IMG/VR virus record: IMGVR_UViG_3300046010_015841
Length of the DNA stretch: 20,000 bases
Reading direction: 5' to 3' (one strand)
Origin: an uncultured virus (IMG/VR IMGVR_UViG_3300046010_015841)
Lineage: Duplodnaviria; Heunggongvirae; Uroviricota; Caudoviricetes
Below, one piece after another: positions 1 through 9,254 of the stretch. Positions within the stretch are counted from its first letter, which is position 1; every line of letters begins with the position of its first letter. The position numbers were made by a program, and so were the translations under genes. The notes under the pieces are model-generated. The model did no database searches, was not told where the DNA came from, and saw nothing but the letters and a program-made list of their open reading frames with translations.

Positions 1-1
1 G

Positions 2-412
2 TGTTATTGTTTTAGTAGGAGTTATAGTAACCGATGGAGTAACAGTTGCGGTAGGAGTAATAGTTGAAGCTACAGTTGCTGTAGGAGTAACTGAAAGGGT
101 TTTTGTTATGGTAGGAGTTATAGAAGGAGTTCTAGTGATACTTGGAGTAATACTAGGTGTTGCAGTTACTGTTACAGTAGGTGTAGGTGTAAAAGTTGGA
201 GGAGGAGTAAATAATATAAGTGTATTACTTTGAAAAAAAGGATCAACCGCTTGTATATAAGCAGCATATGTTGCTGAAGGAACAGGAGCATAAGAAGCAG
301 ATCCACTTGAGTTATTAGCATATATAATGACATCCTGCAAACCAGTTTCATAATACTGGTCTACATAAAGCACTGAAGCTGTAACATCAAATGAAGCTGA
401 AGTGTATCCCAT
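2..412 (-). CDS. Thr/Pro-rich putative virion (fibre/adhesin-like) protein, runs off the window start
   Basis: Hand translation from ATG at 412: MGYTSASFDVTASVLYVDQYYETGLQDVIIYANNSSGSASYAPVPSATY...FTPPPTFTPTPTVTVTATPSITPSITRTPSITPT..., open to the window edge. A-rich leader; starts 15 nt after the stop of 428-1429. Not in the ORF track. Confidence 0.8.
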   Translation of the reverse strand, partial: MGYTSASFDVTASVLYVDQYYETGLQDVIIYANNSSGSASYAPVPSATYAAYIQAVDPFFQSNTLILFTPPPTFTPTPTVTVTATPSITPSITRTPSITPTITKTLSVTPTATVASTITPTATVTPSVTITPTKTIT

Positions 413-427
413 TTTCTTTTTTCTTTT

Positions 428-1429
428 TTATGGTGCTAATTGAGTAAATTCTACAACCAATTCACCACTTCCACTTACTAAAGGAGAAGCTAATATAATT
501 AATGATGGTTCTCCTATAGACATTTCAAATTCACAATTTGGATCTAATACATTAACTCTTATCTTTCCTAAGTTACTTGTTAATGGATTACAATATGATC
601 CTGTAACTTGGAATGTATAGAAGGTTTCATAAACACCTACTCCAAGCCCACTAAAGGACATTGTTACTGTATTATTAGAACCTGTGCTAAAGAATTGTAT
701 ATCTCCTCCTGATAGTTGTATTGATTGATTTATAAGGATATTTCCATTTAAAACATCATTGGCTAATGGAGATATTGAAATACTAACAGGGTTTCCATAA
801 TCACTTCTTGTAATAGTAACAACATCATCGTAAGCAATAGGAGTTAATGGGAATATTCCTTGATAATCTTGATTTGTAAGTACTACAATACCTTCTGGGT
901 AGAAAATATTTCCTGAATGGGTTGTGTAATTATCATATATATTTCCTTTACCATCATCTGTAAGGTTATATGTAGATGAAGTCATTTGGAAACTGTATGG
1001 TAATATTCTTTCACCATAAATTTTAGGGGATATAGAAAGCACTTTAATAGATTCTCCAACACCAGTTGGAAAATTGCTAATAAATGCTGGGTCGTTGTTG
1101 AAATCAAAATATGAGCGAGATGCTCTTAATCCTGTAGGATTTCCACTATAATAAATTGAGGAAGCAAGAGAAGCAGTTGATAGATATAAATTATCTCCGT
1201 ATTCATGATAAAACATTTGGTTTATCATGTCATACATTAATCTATCATATTGTCCATTTGTAATAGGTTCTCCACCTGGGTCGAAAGTACCTGTTATATA
1301 AGTACCATTGTATATGTCGACATAAGGATCATCTACTGGTAAAGGACAATAGTTAAAATTCCATTGCTTGTTAGCTATAACAGGTACTGTTATAACATCT
1401 GAAGACTTTAACTTTTTGAATGATCCCAT
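428..1429 (-). CDS. Putative baseplate/tail-fibre-associated structural protein with C-terminal Ig-like (Big_9/cadherin-like) domain
   Basis: Shares a motif series with the neighbouring 340-aa ORF (GERILPYSF...LTDDGKGN...GNIFYPEGIVVLT). The segment PIAYDDVVT...ISPLAND resembles the P-x-A-x-DD...V-L-x-ND Ig-like repeat pattern. Confidence 0.5.
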   Translation of the reverse strand: MGSFKKLKSSDVITVPVIANKQWNFNYCPLPVDDPYVDIYNGTYITGTFDPGGEPITNGQYDRLMYDMINQMFYHEYGDNLYLSTASLASSIYYSGNPTGLRASRSYFDFNNDPAFISNFPTGVGESIKVLSISPKIYGERILPYSFQMTSSTYNLTDDGKGNIYDNYTTHSGNIFYPEGIVVLTNQDYQGIFPLTPIAYDDVVTITRSDYGNPVSISISPLANDVLNGNILINQSIQLSGGDIQFFSTGSNNTVTMSFSGLGVGVYETFYTFQVTGSYCNPLTSNLGKIRVNVLDPNCEFEMSIGEPSLIILASPLVSGSGELVVEFTQLAP

Positions 1430-1450
1430 TTAATAACATTATTATCTAGA

Positions 1451-2473
1451 TTAGTAGTCTAATTTAACTTTAATTAAGGCTTCCTTAGTAAAATCTTTAA
1501 CTAATGGTCTACTTAATTTAGCAACCGCTAATAATTCATTTTGGTCGTTATATAAACCAACTGTTGTAATGAATGTTTGTGGATTGTTAATTAACGTGGT
1601 GTAAATTAAATTACCATTACTATCTATGATTGAAGGGTTTGTTGTATAATTAAAGTCTTGGTTTTTAACTCTTGTAAAGAAATAATGTGATGATACATCT
1701 TCAGCTGATTGTAGAGCAAAATAAGCACTAGATGACATTGCTGTATAAAATTGAAACTGAATGTTACTATCAGTTCCAGGAGCAGCTACAGCTGGATTAA
1801 AGTTGATACCACCATTTGCTTGAGACTTAGATAATGCTGTTGGATTTAAAATGATAATATCATTATCTGGGAACAAATATCCATAAATAGAAGCTGAAGC
1901 AGCAGCTGTATATTGTGTGCCACCACTACCACTAATTAAATTATAATATAATAAACCATTAGTTGTATAGTTAGTAGTAGAAGTAATTTGACTATCATCA
2001 GTTAAAGATATTTCGTAAGTAGTATTCTTTAATTTTAATGTCATAGAACCAGGTTGGATATGTTCCTTATATCTATTTCTAGCTACGTTAATAACATATA
2101 TACCATTTGGATTATCATTACCAAATTCAAAACTTCCACTTTCTGTCCCCAATAACAATGTTCTATATTGGCCATAAACTACCCTAGTAGGTGTTATAGC
2201 AGAACCATCTGGTAAATTTGTAGTTACTGATGGGCTTATGTAATTGGAACCACTTCCGTATTTGTTGCCGTATTGTACGGCCATTTGTATAGAGGAAGAA
2301 GTAGAAGTTAAAGCACCTGGGTATTCACTATATACATTTAAATAGAATGAACTGGTGATTACACTAGAAGTAAAGAAAGTAGATAATACATTAGTATCAC
2401 CACTCCACATTGGACGTACTACTGTTTCCGTACTTACTACTGAATCTTCTGGGTTATATCTTACGAATGACAT
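1451..2473 (-). CDS. Baseplate/tail-collar fibre-attachment-like structural protein
   Basis: C-terminus ITTVGLYNDQNELLAVAKLSRPLVK resembles the I-x-E-V-G-L...L-x-A motif of P2 gpH N-terminal/tail-collar (DUF3751-like) domains; lies within the baseplate module. Confidence 0.55.
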   Translation of the reverse strand: MSFVRYNPEDSVVSTETVVRPMWSGDTNVLSTFFTSSVITSSFYLNVYSEYPGALTSTSSSIQMAVQYGNKYGSGSNYISPSVTTNLPDGSAITPTRVVYGQYRTLLLGTESGSFEFGNDNPNGIYVINVARNRYKEHIQPGSMTLKLKNTTYEISLTDDSQITSTTNYTTNGLLYYNLISGSGGTQYTAAASASIYGYLFPDNDIIILNPTALSKSQANGGINFNPAVAAPGTDSNIQFQFYTAMSSSAYFALQSAEDVSSHYFFTRVKNQDFNYTTNPSIIDSNGNLIYTTLINNPQTFITTVGLYNDQNELLAVAKLSRPLVKDFTKEALIKVKLDY

Positions 2474-2484
2474 ATATTAATTTA

Positions 2485-3147
2485 TTAAGAATTTGTTTTT
2501 GTTATAGTTAACGGAATAGTAATTCTAGCACCACTATCTCTACCTAATACTGTAATTGTAGTTGATATTTGAGTTAAACTAGAACCAAACAATGTATTAA
2601 TTGTAGTACCAGTTAATGTGAATGAAGTACCAATTAAAGTTTGGCTTACAGATGAACCAAGTGTTTGAGTAACACCAGTTGCTGTAACTTCAGCACCTGC
2701 AACACCAGTTGAAGAGAATGTAGATAAGAATCTAACATCAGCTACTGTTATGGCATATCCATTGGCTTCAAAAGTACTTGTAGCACCTAAGTAGTTCAAT
2801 GTTTGTGGAGTAATTGTAATTGTTGAACCTTGTCTTAAATTAATTGCATTGTATCCTACACTAATTACTGGTAACTTAGCAGTACCTCTTGGTAATGTTA
2901 CTAGCTTAAAGATCATGATTTGTGTATCATCTGGGAAAGCTTCAATTAAAGGCATTGCCTCAATAGCTTGACCATAAAATGCAGACCCTGATGGATGTTG
3001 AGGGTTATACAAAGTATAGTCAACTTCATCGTCTGCTAATGAAAACTGTGTGATTTGGAACGACCCGTCGTTGCGAGCCATTAATTCCCTACCTTTAGCT
3101 GTTAAAACTGCATCAATTGTTACAGTATTGTTATTTAAAATAGCCAT
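2485..3147 (-). CDS. Baseplate/tail-collar-like structural protein
   Basis: N-terminus DAVLTAKGRELMA...FQITQFSLADD resembles the L-T-x-x-G-x-x-x-x-A...GD start of tail-collar/fibre-attachment domains. Confidence 0.55.
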   Translation of the reverse strand: MAILNNNTVTIDAVLTAKGRELMARNDGSFQITQFSLADDEVDYTLYNPQHPSGSAFYGQAIEAMPLIEAFPDDTQIMIFKLVTLPRGTAKLPVISVGYNAINLRQGSTITITPQTLNYLGATSTFEANGYAITVADVRFLSTFSSTGVAGAEVTATGVTQTLGSSVSQTLIGTSFTLTGTTINTLFGSSLTQISTTITVLGRDSGARITIPLTITKTNS

Positions 3148-3166
3148 TCTTTTAATGTATTTTGAT

Positions 3167-3175
3167 TATAAATAT
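3167..3175 (-). promoter_or_regulatory. Candidate late promoter ATATTTATA
   Basis: Intergenic, 19 nt upstream of the ATG at 3147; the same motif precedes four other genes. Confidence 0.5.
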
Positions 3176-3195
3176 TTAATTCTTGTGGATCTAGA

Positions 3196-6100
3196 TTATG
3201 TAGTTACACCAACTCCAACGTCTACTAACTGTTGATTTACGTTTCTATTTATGGTATCTATGTTAGCCATTACTGCTGGGCTAATGTTTTGTGGAATTAT
3301 ATAGCCATATGATGTTTTTCCTTCTGGTTTTGGAAAATCAAGTATTACACTTGTTTCATCTATAATGCGTTTTATAAATAAAATTTTATAATATTGACTA
3401 CATAAATTTCCAAAATAACCATCTATATCTTCATAAGTAACAAAGTATATAAATGATGTATTATTAGGACCAGCTACTGTAACTACACTTTTAACAGTAT
3501 ATTCTAGAATAGGACCGTTTGCGTTTGTGATTTGTATTACTATCTTATCGTTTGGTTCTAAAGAGAATGGATAGAAAATATCACCATAATCTTCATACAA
3601 ACTACCATAAGAAGCAGATACTTGAGAATCTAAAGGATTAAAGAATAAAGAAGGTCCATAAAAATTAGATAAATTATTATTTAAGTAAAAAGCATTTTGT
3701 GTTTGGTCTACACATACTTCTATATTATTAGCAATTAAATTTCCATTTGTAGGAACCACTTTAATGGATCCATAAGGATTTAAATAAGCCTGAGAAACAC
3801 CACCAGAATCAATAAAAAATCTAAATTCCACTTTATCCCCAGGATTTACAGACCCCGTTGTATTTATATCTATTGATCTTCTAAATAAAAATGATTGATT
3901 TGCATTTCCCGTTACTGGAATAGAATCTATATTAGTATAATATGTTATGTTAAAAATATTACCCATAGTAGGAATAGTAGGTAACTCTACCCAAATTATT
4001 CCTAAATAAACAAACTGATCATCTCCAAAACTTGGTACATATATCCTACCAGTTACGTCATATGCTCTAAATGTTTTATCACCTCCTGTAATAGAAATAG
4101 TATTTACAACTTGTCCAAAAACATTCACTTGACGTATGTCATATCCGTTAAGTAAAATAATATCAAAGACATCTTGGCTTGGAGTAAATGAATATTGATT
4201 ATATCCATTTGGTAAATTTTCTAAAACAGCATTATAATATCCACCTTGATAAGCAACCGTTTGTTTATTTTGATCTAAAAGAGTATAAGTACCTGTTGAA
4301 CTACTTAACCACAATTCCATACTAGCTGTAAAAGTATTAGCAGGATTTATTATAGAAGCGGTTGTTTGGATATTAAAATCATAAGTAAATTGATAAATAC
4401 CTTCAGCTGGTATTTGATAATATGAAGATGTTGAGTTAAAAGAAGTGCCACCAGGACCAGAACCTGTAAAGAAGTATCCTCCAAAACTAGTATTTGATCC
4501 TGTTATATTAAATAAATTCCACACTTCTTGCATATTAACAGTACCAGCAGCAGAATAACTTGATGACACATAAGGGGAACCAAGTTGCCCCACAGGCACT
4601 AAACTTCCTGAAGAAGCAAAAACAGTAAAGTAACGGTTAACTATGTTTGAAGAACTACCTACTACAGAATTAAACACAGCAGATGCTGTCCAGTTTGCTG
4701 GGGCTGATTCTGAACCATAGGCATAAAATATTGGGAAATAACTATACCCACTTTCTGCTATAAGTTTATTTCCGTTAGTTTGAATTTGATTTCCAAATTT
4801 CTTAGGATCAAATAACGATACATTTAAAAAGTCTCCTGTTTCAAATGTATTTTGAACTTCCTCCCAGTTTCTATTACGTAAGTTTAATTCTGTTAAACTA
4901 CCACTTTCATTTACAAGGTATTTTAAAGTAGCATTAGTTTTATAGGGTAAATAACGGTTTTCTACCACTTCAGTAAATAAACCTAATTTTTTAACATTAT
5001 AATTAATTACTGGGGATTGGCCATATGAGTTATCTCCCACAGACCATGTATTAAATTGTCTTCCATATAATTGAACACCACTATATCTAGGACGTGTATA
5101 TGCTGTTAAACTTAAATATGAATCTTGTAATTCAACAGATCCACTAATTGAATATGAGGTAAAGTTTCTTCCTAAAGCATCTGTAGATAAAATAGGTATT
5201 AATTTTTTTCTATACTCTGATGTTAAACTTACGTCAACATTATTTTGTAATACGTTAAAGTCAGAATTTAAAAAGAAGTTTTCTGGTCTAGGTGAATCAT
5301 AATTTAATACGAAATCCGTATTTCCACTTATAAATCCTGGAGGAATATATCCAATAGTATTGTCTACTAAAAATGGATTTCTATTATTTTCCTGAAAAAC
5401 TAAATAAGTATCAAGAGAAGAACCAGGTATATTACCATTATAATAATCTGCTTTGTCTCCTGCTAAATAATAATAGTACGGATCATAAACAGGTTCTAAT
5501 GAAGCACTTTCTGGTGTAGCGGAAAATTCATTTGTTCTAAAGAATAAAGGTTGGTATTGAGCAACTTTAGGCCTTTCAAGTACAGGGGATTTAATAGAAA
5601 CACCTGTCCAAGTATTACCTCTAGCAGGTGTAAAATCTTTGACCATTTTAAATAATGAATTGTCAAAGAATTGTATTAATCTTATAAACCCACCATAATC
5701 AAATGGTTCATTAAATGTTTGTCCAAACCAGTATTCACGTTCATATGATAATGAAGGATATGTATTTAATTGTAAATCTCTTGGGTCTCCAATATAATCA
5801 TCTAATATCCAATTAGGATTAATAGCAACAATTGAAGCTGATACGGCGGCATCAATTTGTGTTTCTGGTGAAAACGAAACATCAATAAAATGTAAATCTT
5901 GGCTTTTAACAGCTCTAGATGATGTAGGTGATGTTTCTAATCGTTTGATTGGAGATAATACACTACCTGTAATGATATTTGAACCAATATTAATTTTATC
6001 TGTAGTATATCCTTTTAATTCTTGAGAATCAGTCATTCCACCATATTCCTTAATAGGAAGAATAGAACCTGTAATGCCAAATAATGTAATTAATCCTTCT

Positions 6101-7791
6101 AAACCACCATGTGCTCCTTTAGCTTTAAATAAATAAGGAAGATTATGGTATAAACGTTTGTAAGAATCTAATGTTAAATCTTTTCTTGGAACGTTGTTTA
6201 AGAAACTACTTGATGGTGAATAATCACCATTAAAGTCAACACTACCACTATATCCACCCACTTGGTAATCCAACACAGTTTGATCACCTTGCGAGTTATA
6301 TAATTTCATTCCAAATGATTGTAACCAATCATATACTAAATCTTGAGAAATACCTCTATTAAGATTATTGTTATTATCCCAAAGGTCTGTTAATTTATCA
6401 ATATAGATCCAAACATTATCAAAATATTGACCTATCATATTGACAAATGTCAAATATGGGAGATAATTAGAAGGATCGTCTGTAATATAAGACGGAATTG
6501 ATCCTAATAAAATATCTTTATTATTAATATCATAAGCAACTGCTACTTCAGAAGCACTAAAAAACCAATTCTGTGCTGTTGATGATGCTGATGGGTATAA
6601 TGTGTATGGTTGTGTAGAATTAGTTTTAGGATAAGGAGCAATATTGTATTCAAAGAATGATCCTGTTTCTAAAGTATATTCTACAATAGAAGATGTTAAT
6701 GAACTTGAAGTATAATATAAGTAATACTCAAACCCATCAAACTTAGAAATTATTTCATTTATACTTGAACTAGCTCTAGTTACGGAAGAAACTAATGATG
6801 GATTACTAGCTGTTAAAGGAGAATTATTGTTAATTTCTGCTTGATAAGAGGTAATTTCACCTATTTTATACATGAAATTATACACCCTATTTTCAGCAGA
6901 ACTGTAATGTATAAAGTCGTTTAAAACACTAAAATCTATATTAATATTAGTATTCTGGTTGTTAATTACATTTAAAACAACTTGATAATAAGATCCTGTA
7001 AGTGAAGAAACAAGTTGATTGTAATTATTATAAGGTGTAGGAACTACATTTTTTAATTCTAAATCAATATCAAAGTTAGGTCCTTTTAATCTAGGTTGAG
7101 GTGGAGGAGTAATTAATTTGTCTAAATTAAGATCAAATATATAAGGATTAACTATTTCCTCTACAACCCAAAATGTATCTTTTAAAGCAATATTGTTAGG
7201 AAGTGGATTAGCTAATTTAAATAATATACTAGCATTTCCATCACTATCAACATCACTTACTGCATTAACGGCTATTGATTGGTTATTACTTCCAAAGTTT
7301 AATATTACATAGTAATAGTAAGGAACAGTAGCTTGTCTTTGAGTAAAACTTGAAACTATTGAAAGTAATTGATCATTCGTTAAGATGGTCGAATTTACTC
7401 TTACTTCAGTTCTATCGGTAGAAATCTGCTGGATAAATAGCTGGTTACTAAAAGGTTCACCTGATATTTTTCTAAAGAAATTATATCTAGTGGTTACTTC
7501 ACCTGATTCATATCCTAAATTTCTAATATCTTGAATAGGGTCTATTTCAAGAACAGGAAGTAAACTTTGAGAATACCCAACATTAGAAGGTAACTTATAT
7601 GATTGATAATTATAGTTTGTATTTAATACACTACCTCCAAGATCAAAAACATAAAACTCAATATAATCGTTAGAAGCACCAAACGTTTCTTGTTGTACAC
7701 TAGGAAGTAATAATCTTTCATCCTGTAGTGGATAACGATTAATTATGTCTGTATTAAGAACTTCGCCTACTATAGTAATATTAGATGCCAT
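3196..7791 (-). CDS. Large baseplate wedge protein (P2 gpI / T4 gp7-like core) with C-terminal beta-rich domains
   Basis: 1531 aa. The central YLTFVNMIGQYFD...ISQDLVYDWLQSFG...KRLYHNLPYLFKAKGAHGGLEGLITLFGI...IKEY matches the Tail_P2_I-type pattern; downstream of the gp25 and gp6-like genes. Confidence 0.6.
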   Translation of the reverse strand: MASNITIVGEVLNTDIINRYPLQDERLLLPSVQQETFGASNDYIEFYVFDLGGSVLNTNYNYQSYKLPSNVGYSQSLLPVLEIDPIQDIRNLGYESGEVTTRYNFFRKISGEPFSNQLFIQQISTDRTEVRVNSTILTNDQLLSIVSSFTQRQATVPYYYYVILNFGSNNQSIAVNAVSDVDSDGNASILFKLANPLPNNIALKDTFWVVEEIVNPYIFDLNLDKLITPPPQPRLKGPNFDIDLELKNVVPTPYNNYNQLVSSLTGSYYQVVLNVINNQNTNINIDFSVLNDFIHYSSAENRVYNFMYKIGEITSYQAEINNNSPLTASNPSLVSSVTRASSSINEIISKFDGFEYYLYYTSSSLTSSIVEYTLETGSFFEYNIAPYPKTNSTQPYTLYPSASSTAQNWFFSASEVAVAYDINNKDILLGSIPSYITDDPSNYLPYLTFVNMIGQYFDNVWIYIDKLTDLWDNNNNLNRGISQDLVYDWLQSFGMKLYNSQGDQTVLDYQVGGYSGSVDFNGDYSPSSSFLNNVPRKDLTLDSYKRLYHNLPYLFKAKGAHGGLEGLITLFGITGSILPIKEYGGMTDSQELKGYTTDKINIGSNIITGSVLSPIKRLETSPTSSRAVKSQDLHFIDVSFSPETQIDAAVSASIVAINPNWILDDYIGDPRDLQLNTYPSLSYEREYWFGQTFNEPFDYGGFIRLIQFFDNSLFKMVKDFTPARGNTWTGVSIKSPVLERPKVAQYQPLFFRTNEFSATPESASLEPVYDPYYYYLAGDKADYYNGNIPGSSLDTYLVFQENNRNPFLVDNTIGYIPPGFISGNTDFVLNYDSPRPENFFLNSDFNVLQNNVDVSLTSEYRKKLIPILSTDALGRNFTSYSISGSVELQDSYLSLTAYTRPRYSGVQLYGRQFNTWSVGDNSYGQSPVINYNVKKLGLFTEVVENRYLPYKTNATLKYLVNESGSLTELNLRNRNWEEVQNTFETGDFLNVSLFDPKKFGNQIQTNGNKLIAESGYSYFPIFYAYGSESAPANWTASAVFNSVVGSSSNIVNRYFTVFASSGSLVPVGQLGSPYVSSSYSAAGTVNMQEVWNLFNITGSNTSFGGYFFTGSGPGGTSFNSTSSYYQIPAEGIYQFTYDFNIQTTASIINPANTFTASMELWLSSSTGTYTLLDQNKQTVAYQGGYYNAVLENLPNGYNQYSFTPSQDVFDIILLNGYDIRQVNVFGQVVNTISITGGDKTFRAYDVTGRIYVPSFGDDQFVYLGIIWVELPTIPTMGNIFNITYYTNIDSIPVTGNANQSFLFRRSIDINTTGSVNPGDKVEFRFFIDSGGVSQAYLNPYGSIKVVPTNGNLIANNIEVCVDQTQNAFYLNNNLSNFYGPSLFFNPLDSQVSASYGSLYEDYGDIFYPFSLEPNDKIVIQITNANGPILEYTVKSVVTVAGPNNTSFIYFVTYEDIDGYFGNLCSQYYKILFIKRIIDETSVILDFPKPEGKTSYGYIIPQNISPAVMANIDTINRNVNQQLVDVGVGVTT

Positions 7792-8134
7792 TATTTGCTA
7801 GTTGTTGTGTTAAATTTGCATTTTGGGTTTCTGCGTCTAATAATTGTTGTCTTAAATCAGTTATTTCTTGTAGTAAAGCTTGAACATCAACATCCTCAGC
7901 AAAAGTAACACCTAAATATTCTGCTTCTCTGTTTAATATATAAGTGTGTGAATTGATTTCTCCTTCTCTAGGTATCTCAAAAAATAACTCATCATATAAA
8001 GCAAAAAATTCATCTATTGTTATTTCAGGAACCGTTGGTTCTGTAACACCTAATTCTCTAAATTGTGTGTCTATAACTTTAGAGAATCTATTCTTGTCGT
8101 ATATTGCACGTCTAACAGGAATATTTTCTGCCAT
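7781..8134 (-). CDS. Hypothetical protein with C-terminal coiled coil (probable structural)
   Basis: 117 aa, translationally coupled (TAATG) to 8134-9222; heptad-like VQALLQEITDLRQQLL. Confidence 0.7.
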   Translation of the reverse strand: MAENIPVRRAIYDKNRFSKVIDTQFRELGVTEPTVPEITIDEFFALYDELFFEIPREGEINSHTYILNREAEYLGVTFAEDVDVQALLQEITDLRQQLLDAETQNANLTQQLANNGI

Positions 8135-9222
8135 TATTTATTTATTTTAAATGTATATTGATTATCAAATACCATTGTAGATCCATTAGAAAAAGTAGAT
8201 TTAATTAATATCTTATAAAGTCTTTCAGGTTGAAGACCATTCATATATAAATTAAAATAGTTTCCGTTTGGATCACAACTTACTTTAGTGTAGTTAACAT
8301 CATAGTCTATAACATAATCTCCTGTATCTACGTCTTGAAGAGCATAATAAGAGGCAGATGGTAAAGCACTATTTAAAGTATAAACAGATACTGTTGTAAA
8401 TTGTCTTGCAGGGTATATAGGTCTAGCGTTTACTCTAAACTGATATTTGGTATCTCTATCATATTGGCCTATATTATTCCCTACAGTAACTGTGGTATTA
8501 TTATTAGATAATACAGCTAAAGAACCAGTATTGTATACACTATCATTCCACCTAATTTCAAGTTGTGGAGGATAAATAGTATGGGTATCTTTAGAAAAGA
8601 ATTTTAATGAATAAGATGATGAAGGATTAAATTCATATCCTGATTCCATTCTAACTAGGAAACCATCATTTTTAACATTTAGATTATTAAAATTACCTAC
8701 AATATCAGTAACTTCAATATCTGTATCTTTTGTACTATTAATAGCAAAAGATTGAGAATCTTCAAACAATGTGTACCATGTTGCTCCTCCAGGGCTATCG
8801 TTTTGAAACGATGCCGTAGTATCAGCAGCAAAACTAGAAGTACGCCAATTATTAGTACTATTTCTTTGTTTCCATGTACAATCTGTTGTTACCGATGGAT
8901 CATATAAAAATCTACCTGTACCTACTTCCCAAGATTGAGAAACAGGATTAACAAATAATGTGTAATTATCTGGCAATTCAGTACCATCAGCAACGAATAA
9001 TTTTAAAAATGCTTTGTAGTTCCCGGGACCACCAGCTTTAACAATAGTTTCTTGAATTTCTGAAAGAGGGAATTGAACTAGAATTCGTGATACCTGCGCA
9101 TCGTTATTAGAAGATGATGGTTCATTTTGAATTTCTAATATTTGATCAAGCCCCGTATTCATTAGGGGATATGCGGAGTAAATAGTAGTGTCCTTTTCAG
9201 GATATATTTTATAGATGGCCAT
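8134..9222 (-). CDS. DNRLRE-like domain virion protein
   Basis: YPEKDTTIYSAYPLMNTG...SRILVQFPLS...VSQSWEVGTG...TW...YPPQLEIRW follows the DNRLRE-type beta-sandwich pattern. Confidence 0.55.
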   Translation of the reverse strand: MAIYKIYPEKDTTIYSAYPLMNTGLDQILEIQNEPSSSNNDAQVSRILVQFPLSEIQETIVKAGGPGNYKAFLKLFVADGTELPDNYTLFVNPVSQSWEVGTGRFLYDPSVTTDCTWKQRNSTNNWRTSSFAADTTASFQNDSPGGATWYTLFEDSQSFAINSTKDTDIEVTDIVGNFNNLNVKNDGFLVRMESGYEFNPSSSYSLKFFSKDTHTIYPPQLEIRWNDSVYNTGSLAVLSNNNTTVTVGNNIGQYDRDTKYQFRVNARPIYPARQFTTVSVYTLNSALPSASYYALQDVDTGDYVIDYDVNYTKVSCDPNGNYFNLYMNGLQPERLYKILIKSTFSNGSTMVFDNQYTFKINK

Positions 9223-9238
9223 CTATTAATTTATTTAC

Positions 9239-9247
9239 AATAAATAT
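9239..9247 (-). promoter_or_regulatory. Candidate late promoter ATATTTATT
   Basis: 16 nt upstream of the ATG at 9222. The 12-mer TTCTATATTTAT (9240-9251) is identical to 14710-14721. Confidence 0.5.
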
Positions 9248-9254
9248 AGAATTA

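Noticed and set aside
3167..3174. T4-type late promoter TATAAATA on the plus strand
   Set aside because: It would point antisense to the genes; its position just upstream of minus-strand starts favours the minus-strand reading.
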